DNA of 64,000 nucleotides from an uncultured virus (IMG/VR IMGVR_UViG_3300032516_007629) (Duplodnaviria; Heunggongvirae; Uroviricota; Caudoviricetes): IMG/VR virus record IMGVR_UViG_3300032516_007629; one strand, 5' to 3'. The notes below the pieces were generated by a model, which was not told the origin of the DNA, did no database searches, and saw only the letters and a list, made by a program, of their open reading frames with translations. Made by a program: the position numbers and the translations under genes. Below are positions 57,758 to 64,000 of the stretch, one piece after another. The first letter of the stretch is position 1, and every line of letters starts with the position of its first letter.

Positions 57758-58348
57758 TTAACCTAGGGTAGCGTCCTCAGACCCCGTGTGACTCTTACTT
57801 ACATACGCTATGGTAGCCGCAATACGAGTAATACCGTCCCCGTCACTAGTAATAGCATCATAGTTTTTACTAGTAAACCAGCATCCAGTGTAAGTCCAAA
57901 TATTATAAGTATTTGCTCCACGAATCCAGAACTCTTTAATAGAAAATGAAAAGTTTTGATCAATTAAATCGTCAAATAGTGCAGTCGCTCCTGCAAACGC
58001 ACGCTCCATCTCACCTTGCCAAAGTTCCGCACGAGTAACAGCGATCGTAAAACCCGTCGCCTTACCAGGAACGTACTCAACCGGACGACCCCAAAAGAAA
58101 TCAGAAAGCTCATAAAGATGCACACCCTCACGAGTGTAACTATCTGGCTGCCAAGATTGAATCCTACCGATAATGGAATTTGCTGAACCTGAAGACGCGG
58201 ACACAATCGACACACCATGATATGTTTTGGTAGTCAAAGCATTAGGCTTGGTATAATCAAATTGTGAAACAGCCGTCGTACCCTGATTTACATAATGAGT
58301 ATTGGGTAATCCTGTATCGGCATTGAATACACTAGAAAGAGCTGTCAT
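57758..58348 (-). CDS. Tail tube protein (putative)
   Basis: 196 aa, beta-rich (IGRIQSW, VEYVPG, YTGCWFTS), downstream of the sheath gene. Confidence 0.75.
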   Translation of the reverse strand: MTALSSVFNADTGLPNTHYVNQGTTAVSQFDYTKPNALTTKTYHGVSIVSASSGSANSIIGRIQSWQPDSYTREGVHLYELSDFFWGRPVEYVPGKATGFTIAVTRAELWQGEMERAFAGATALFDDLIDQNFSFSIKEFWIRGANTYNIWTYTGCWFTSKNYDAITSDGDGITRIAATIAYVSKSHTGSEDATLG

Positions 58349-58373
58349 ATTATCTCCGTTAAAAGTTTCCTAT

Positions 58374-58682
58374 TTAATCTTTAGATTCTTCTTCCTCTGG
58401 TTCTTCTTCAGCAGAATACTTATTCAACAAAGCTTTAGATAACCCCAGAAGCTTTTTTGAAAACGCAACCATGTACTCATTGTCAATACCTTGCTCTTCC
58501 ACATAGTCTTCAATAGTCTTCAGCACAGATAATTTCTTAACTTTGTCTTCACGCATTAAATGGTACATTAAGGAATCTATAGTTTTGGTCGCAGACACAC
58601 CAGATTCGTGGTGCGCGTCAGACTCCCCGTCTAGAGCACTCACCACCCGGTAACTGTGAAGTATTTTGTCTTTAAAACTCAT
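58374..58682 (-). CDS. Small protein with FKDKILHSY motif
   Basis: MSFKDKILHSYRVVSA. Confidence 0.6.
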   Translation of the reverse strand: MSFKDKILHSYRVVSALDGESDAHHESGVSATKTIDSLMYHLMREDKVKKLSVLKTIEDYVEEQGIDNEYMVAFSKKLLGLSKALLNKYSAEEEPEEEESKD

Positions 58683-58705
58683 AAACCTTTTTCCTTTAAA
58701 ATCAG

Positions 58706-61700
58706 TTAGCTAGGAAAGCCGCCTGGTAGCGAAACGGTGAAAAGACCAAATATTCTCTTAGCCACAGTGGCTAGGAAGTAGTTGTAACCGATGTGGAAAA
58801 GAGTCGGATCAGCGGTGTCTCTTACAACAAAGATGTCCTTTGCCGAGATTGAACGAGTATTACCCGTTTCATCCTGGTACTCTCCCATAAACCCACTGGA
58901 CACTAATGTCCTGAGGCGGGTTTGCAGAATGTCCTCAATAAGAGCAACACCTGCTCCCGCTGATGGGAATACTTGACCGATAATCGCCTTGGTTAATGTT
59001 GTGCGAATGTCCTTAGTGACAAACTGCTTTTGGGTCATCTGATTTAAATTAAGAGTATCGCTACTGAATGCATCTGTAGTGACATCTTCCATAATCTGAT
59101 AAACACCAGATCCCACATTGTTAAAGAATATGATATGGTTCGCACCAAGTATTAAATTCTCTTGAGGGGTATACGTCTCGATAGAGTCAAATCCAATAAT
59201 GTTCTCGAAAAGAACCGTTGCTTTTGGATCCGGAAACGATGCGACTAAGGCAGCTACAGCACACGCCACGAACGAGCCATCCAAAGTCATTTGCTGAGCC
59301 GAGCCATCAGAGAAGGTGAAAGTACGCTGCGCCTGCGTGGCAGACACTAGAACCCTACTTCCATGCGCAGCACTCTGTCCGTACACCGCAAACGTGCGTT
59401 GCGAATAAAATACAAGCGAGTTAGCCTCAGTCTCCGAGCCAATCGGCGTACCGATAGGAGCACCGAAATAAGTAATACACTCATGGCGAGCAAACGGATT
59501 GTTAGCTTGATTCACTACATTCAACTGATCGCCAACATTTTGGAAGCTGTTTAAAACAACAAGATCCGTAGCACTTGGTTGATCTAAGAAAGCATTGATA
59601 GCACGCTGATAATCACTCTTGCTGTAATTTCCATCGTCCGCAGCATTGCGAACTTGAATCACATACAATCCAGGGATTGCATAATCAAAAGCAATCGTCG
59701 CGCCTAAATACAAATCATTCCTAGATGAAATAGGTGCTAGGAATTTCTGCACATCACCTAAACCAAGGAATAAGAAAGGAGTTTCGTACATCTCCGCAGG
59801 ACGAAGATAAGCACCACTTAGGTAATACGTTTGACCAGGATCAGGCTCAGGACCAAACCACTGATACACAACCTGAATGTCTCCATCCGCCGTACTAAAC
59901 GAAGGAGAAGTAAACTCAAGAAAAGCTGTACCAGGAATTTGAACGTAAGAAACCGGCGCTCCGTTAGATACACGAGTCACAGAAATAATGTTCTGTGGAA
60001 TGTGATCTAAAGTGATGTACTTAGCACCTACAGTCGCAGTTAGCGCACCAGTCGTGTCCGTAGCAATTTGCCCAGGATTTGAGAAAACTGCCGTATCCTG
60101 CTCACTAAGCGAGAAGTCTAGAAGTCCTAAAGACCTTGCTGACAATAACCACTTATCTCCTGCCTGGTTTTGAGAACCTCCAGGGACAGCATTGACCAAA
60201 CTACTTAAATAACCGTTACGGATGTAAAAACTTAAACCATCGTTGATAACAAAGTTACCACGGTTTAAGCTAGTATCCGCCGTCCATACCCCAAAACCAC
60301 CCTCCGCCGTATCAGCTAACCATCCACCCGAATAAAGAGCCTCGTTGGCAAGATTGGTTACATTGCTCACACTCAAGGAGATGTGACGAACGTCTTCTTT
60401 ACCCTTGTAAAAAGTACGAGGGGCAGTAGCCGTCCAATCAAATTGATCGCCTACCACAAATTGGGTGCCGCCAAACGCTAGCGTTAACGTAATACCTGTG
60501 CTACCTAAAACCTGTATAAGTGATCCAGCAACGTTTTCTGCAATCGAGAAACTTCCCGAAGCACTTGCCGAACCATACATACTCCACACAAAAGTAGCCG
60601 TGCGCGTAGGAGTAATACCCGATTCAGCCTGGCAAATCATACGGAAGCCAGTGTTATACGAAGTAAAGGAATAAGCCGAAGCCAATGAAGTAATAGTTGC
60701 ACTACCCGTTGAACCAGGCAGGAGCGTCGGAGAGATAGCAGAAAGTACCGTGTATTGGTTTGTGTTGCTTAGCAACGGGTCAACTTCAATAAGACCCGCA
60801 CCGTTAGCCTGTACGTAAAAAACATCGCCAATAGTGAAGTTAGCTCCACCGAAAGTGAAGTTTAAAACTACTCCCAATTCCAAAGGTACATTGTTCAATG
60901 TTAAACTATTGGTCTCATCTAAAGTAACCGTAGGCAAGCCTAGTGCGATACTGATAGGAGTCGCAGGTAAAGCCGAATTACCAGCCGAAACCGGAGTACC
61001 TGTCCAAGCCAATGTAGCTAAACGAGTACCCACAAGACCCGAAGCCGCCGTAACCTCTAATTTATAAAGACGACTATAGGGATGAAGGTAAGAAGCAGAT
61101 CCAGATACTGCAACCGTTCCACTGCCAGTAGCTCCCGAAGAATTTACAATCGAGAAGCTGCTAGTTAAATGAGCATTACCAACAGCAGGAACAGGAACAT
61201 CAATCACGAAAGGATCGAAGAAGTTGATATACTCCGCATAAGCAGCCTGGCTCTGATAAGGTCCGACCGCCGAAATTGAACGTATTTGAGCCGACACCCC
61301 ATTAAGAGGTCCAATAGTGACTACCGGAATCGGATCCGCAGCATCCCTAGAGGTTGATTGATAATCAAGCACGTACTGCGTAGAAGCATTGTAAGCCGTA
61401 TCCAAAATTTGAATTTGCGTGTAGTTACCCGACAGATCCTTGAGGTACTTCCACATGTTAGTAGGGACAGGGTTACCGTTAGAATTGTATAGACGCACAG
61501 GAGATGCCTGTGCTCCGTTCGATGGGTACGCTAGAGTGGCAACAAAAGGACTAAAAGCCGAAAAGGTTAAAACCTCTCCTAAGCGAAAGCTCCTAATGAT
61601 TGCAGTGTTCTCTACAACAAACAACCTGTCACCCTTGGCTACAATACAAGGCACCCTCCTATTGTTAGGAAGCGTCCCCGCGCCTGGGATAAAGAATTGT

Positions 61701-61756
61701 CCGATATAAGTACCCACCTCAACATAGCTAGTGGTTGTTAATTCTGGTGCTGCCAT
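58706..61756 (-). CDS. Contractile tail sheath protein (putative) with large beta-rich insertion
   Basis: YVEVGTYI N-terminus, C-terminal DGSFVACAVAA, EDVTTD, DPTLFHIGYNY...KRIF sheath-like pattern. Confidence 0.8.
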   Translation of the reverse strand: MAAPELTTTSYVEVGTYIGQFFIPGAGTLPNNRRVPCIVAKGDRLFVVENTAIIRSFRLGEVLTFSAFSPFVATLAYPSNGAQASPVRLYNSNGNPVPTNMWKYLKDLSGNYTQIQILDTAYNASTQYVLDYQSTSRDAADPIPVVTIGPLNGVSAQIRSISAVGPYQSQAAYAEYINFFDPFVIDVPVPAVGNAHLTSSFSIVNSSGATGSGTVAVSGSASYLHPYSRLYKLEVTAASGLVGTRLATLAWTGTPVSAGNSALPATPISIALGLPTVTLDETNSLTLNNVPLELGVVLNFTFGGANFTIGDVFYVQANGAGLIEVDPLLSNTNQYTVLSAISPTLLPGSTGSATITSLASAYSFTSYNTGFRMICQAESGITPTRTATFVWSMYGSASASGSFSIAENVAGSLIQVLGSTGITLTLAFGGTQFVVGDQFDWTATAPRTFYKGKEDVRHISLSVSNVTNLANEALYSGGWLADTAEGGFGVWTADTSLNRGNFVINDGLSFYIRNGYLSSLVNAVPGGSQNQAGDKWLLSARSLGLLDFSLSEQDTAVFSNPGQIATDTTGALTATVGAKYITLDHIPQNIISVTRVSNGAPVSYVQIPGTAFLEFTSPSFSTADGDIQVVYQWFGPEPDPGQTYYLSGAYLRPAEMYETPFLFLGLGDVQKFLAPISSRNDLYLGATIAFDYAIPGLYVIQVRNAADDGNYSKSDYQRAINAFLDQPSATDLVVLNSFQNVGDQLNVVNQANNPFARHECITYFGAPIGTPIGSETEANSLVFYSQRTFAVYGQSAAHGSRVLVSATQAQRTFTFSDGSAQQMTLDGSFVACAVAALVASFPDPKATVLFENIIGFDSIETYTPQENLILGANHIIFFNNVGSGVYQIMEDVTTDAFSSDTLNLNQMTQKQFVTKDIRTTLTKAIIGQVFPSAGAGVALIEDILQTRLRTLVSSGFMGEYQDETGNTRSISAKDIFVVRDTADPTLFHIGYNYFLATVAKRIFGLFTVSLPGGFPS

Positions 61757-61822
61757 TATGTCCCCTTTTTCAAAACAACAAGGATCTTGTTAAGTGCCTC
61801 AATTTAATCTATGATTAAATGT

Positions 61823-62845
61823 TTAGAGGGTGATCCTAAAGGGGATATCCAAAACTAACTGGTTATTTGCGCCTGTGGCGTGATTTTGCGTGGCGGGTAA
61901 GGTAGAATCAAAAAGATAAAGAAGCGCTGTTCCTTGTCTTCTCGGTTGAATATACCAGGGAGGATTACTGCTAACTAAAGCTATGTTAGGATTAGAAACT
62001 CCTAACGTATGCTTTAACTGCATATTCTCAATAAGCAATGGATAAGCCATGCCTAAGGAAATGCCTTGATTGGGTACTAAATTAAGAAACGTAGGTGTGG
62101 GTCCACCTTCCGAAGAAGCAACAATACCGATGGCGGGTAATACAATCTTATTGAGTGGTAATTGAAACTCTATAATAGTTTCAAACTCCACTTGCAAATC
62201 TATTGTTCTAGTCCATATTTGACTCTTTACATCCCCCTCAACAGATACATTAGACATCTGCCCGGCAGCCACACCACCTAAAGGAAGTCTTACCTCCCAC
62301 TGATTTCCTGGACTGTGTATAACGTGTGCTTTAATAGCATCCACTAAATTGCTAAGTATATAGAATACAGTTCCGGATAATGTGGAAGTGTCTTCTTCGG
62401 AGTAGGTGGCTACTAGTATAGACAAACTTACTTTTACTAAGTAAACGCTAGTAGCACGCCAGCGATTCCTAAAACCAAAACCGTCTAGAAGAGCACTGAT
62501 CCCCGGATCCCCATCTTCTATACCACCATCTATAATCAAAATAGATGGTAGACGACCTGTGTTTTCCTGGAAAAACCTTGCTAAATAAGTCTTACGCTTA
62601 TTAGGATCCGCCTTCATCTCGTCATCGTAAGTTAACTCCGTGACATACTGAAGACCTTCCGGCGAAATCGTAGCGCCTAAATAACCCCTATTTTCACCCT
62701 TAGGATTTAAAAAACTATCTAAGAATCCCTGCATGGTACTCTTAGTAATAGATATAGCTTTATCCGCCACCTGATGCACATAAGTATCACGGCGGCTCTC
62801 TGGAACCTGATTAAAGCTATAACCTAAGGGAGGGGATTTAGCCAA
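61823..62845 (-). CDS. Putative tail terminator/neck protein
   Basis: Directly upstream of the sheath gene, RLPSILI and beta-strand pattern. Mainly a positional inference. Confidence 0.45.
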   Translation of the reverse strand: MAKSPPLGYSFNQVPESRRDTYVHQVADKAISITKSTMQGFLDSFLNPKGENRGYLGATISPEGLQYVTELTYDDEMKADPNKRKTYLARFFQENTGRLPSILIIDGGIEDGDPGISALLDGFGFRNRWRATSVYLVKVSLSILVATYSEEDTSTLSGTVFYILSNLVDAIKAHVIHSPGNQWEVRLPLGGVAAGQMSNVSVEGDVKSQIWTRTIDLQVEFETIIEFQLPLNKIVLPAIGIVASSEGGPTPTFLNLVPNQGISLGMAYPLLIENMQLKHTLGVSNPNIALVSSNPPWYIQPRRQGTALLYLFDSTLPATQNHATGANNQLVLDIPFRITL

Positions 62846-63227
62846 TGATCCCCCACTCGTTACCTTTTAAAGATAGCAAATCACTATACTTACTTTTAAC
62901 AATATTTAAATGGTGAGAAAGCTCCAAGTTTTTTTCCTCTAACGTGTCTCGTAAGGTGTGCAATTGTAGATTTAACCTCTTACACTTTAAAACCCTGCGC
63001 ACCTTACTAAAGAAAATCCTTCTCCATAATGTATTCTCATTTCTAATGAGGATCTCCACCTCTTCAATGTCAAGCCACAATGTCCTTATAGAATGAATCG
63101 AAGTCTTCATCTGAAATAAATGTTTCCAGAAGTCAAATTTCCTACTCCCCCTTTCGAGGTTAAAAGGCGTTGAATGCACTTCAAGTAAGAGGGGAATATC
63201 TTTTTCAAGCTGAGAAATTGCGTCCAT
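62838..63227 (-). CDS. Hypothetical protein
   Basis: GGAG SD, overlaps the next gene start. Confidence 0.55.
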   Translation of the reverse strand: MDAISQLEKDIPLLLEVHSTPFNLERGSRKFDFWKHLFQMKTSIHSIRTLWLDIEEVEILIRNENTLWRRIFFSKVRRVLKCKRLNLQLHTLRDTLEEKNLELSHHLNIVKSKYSDLLSLKGNEWGIIG

Positions 63228-63236
63228 AAAATTCTC

Positions 63237-63992
63237 CTATTTTGAAAACGTCCTATTTACACTTTTTAAATTGAAAGTAGCGATTAAAAAATCCTCTACA
63301 CTCTTAGTTAAATTTATCGCCTGCTTTCCACACCATAATATACATTTATGCTTATCCGCACTAAAGTGCGCTACAAGATTTCCTTGTACATGCGTTCCCT
63401 TAACATACTGACCTGCGGGAATATTCTTTATATGTGATAGTTGTCCCGCTACATCCGTTAAAGCGTCTAATACCTTAGCCTCTGGATCAGGCTTTTTAAG
63501 CGTAGGAAATTGCTCCTCTCGCTCTTGGGCACGCTGCGACATGGGACGTAAAGGTGCAGCAGTCACCGCAGCAGCTATTTTTTCTTTCTCTTCTAGTGTA
63601 CCCATTTTTGCATCTGGATTAAGCGCTTCAGAACCTTCTAAGATAACACAGTTGTCCGGCGTGAACTCCCGAGGCTTGAGAGGCTTAAAAGCACTGTCTA
63701 TATTCGATAAGAAGTGTAAATCATCTACAAAGTTAGGAAGGGGCTTAAACTCCTTAAGCGTTTTGAAAAAAAGCTTACTCTCCTCTTCAGAACACAAGAT
63801 ATAAATCATACCGTCACGACCAGCATTGTCAGGATGACCACCTAGGTAAAATTGATGCTTCTTATGCTCCTTAGTGAGCCAACGCATATAGTCTAGAGGT
63901 ATCAAGGCAGACATCTGTAAAGCAGATATAGCACCTAAAGTATCATCCTTTTCCTTGTCCTGATCTCTAAGCTTGGTGTAACTAGAAAGCAT
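63237..63992 (-). CDS. Hypothetical protein (may extend beyond the window)
   Basis: ORF track. Confidence 0.55.
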   Translation of the reverse strand: MLSSYTKLRDQDKEKDDTLGAISALQMSALIPLDYMRWLTKEHKKHQFYLGGHPDNAGRDGMIYILCSEEESKLFFKTLKEFKPLPNFVDDLHFLSNIDSAFKPLKPREFTPDNCVILEGSEALNPDAKMGTLEEKEKIAAAVTAAPLRPMSQRAQEREEQFPTLKKPDPEAKVLDALTDVAGQLSHIKNIPAGQYVKGTHVQGNLVAHFSADKHKCILWCGKQAINLTKSVEDFLIATFNLKSVNRTFSK

Positions 63993-64000
63993 AACGGCTC

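Noticed and set aside
1..64000. CRISPR array, integrase/transposase, rRNA or group I/II introns
   Set aside because: No regularly spaced repeats, recombinase motifs or intron-type interruptions were seen. nrdB is contiguous and nrdA is interrupted only by an intein.

Overview
This window is a 64 kb segment of a large (jumbo-type) contractile-tailed phage genome using the standard genetic code. It carries class Ia ribonucleotide reductase (nrdA with a mini-intein, plus nrdB) and two SNF2-family helicases, one with a LAGLIDADG intein. It also has an RNA ligase, HNH endonucleases, a NeuA/NeuB/glycosyltransferase locus, a tail module (sheath, tube, frameshifted chaperone pair, tape measure) and several probable head-packaged 'polyvalent' proteins. 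There are 17 tRNA genes, 16 of them in three operons. The main discovery is that each tRNA operon is preceded by a sigma70-type promoter, a short leader peptide and a terminator/antiterminator pair, and each leader's core is made almost entirely of the amino acids whose tRNAs lie downstream. MKNKFYSMWYFYF precedes Met/Phe/Tyr/Trp, MFNVSISTICTSVSTT precedes Ile/Ser/Ser/Thr/Cys/Val, and MFVQQNNQANHGAGNG precedes Asn/His/Ala/Gly/Gly/Gln. This looks like ribosome-stalling attenuation repurposed to switch on phage tRNA sets only when the matching host tRNAs run short. Further signals are a shared FKxKIxxKYxIxA motif on unrelated proteins (candidate capsid-targeting peptide), sigma28-type promoters, a recurring AGATTAAA promoter motif, SD-occluding hairpins and a tRNA-Gln with a long variable arm. 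All product calls come from motif recognition by eye, not database searches.
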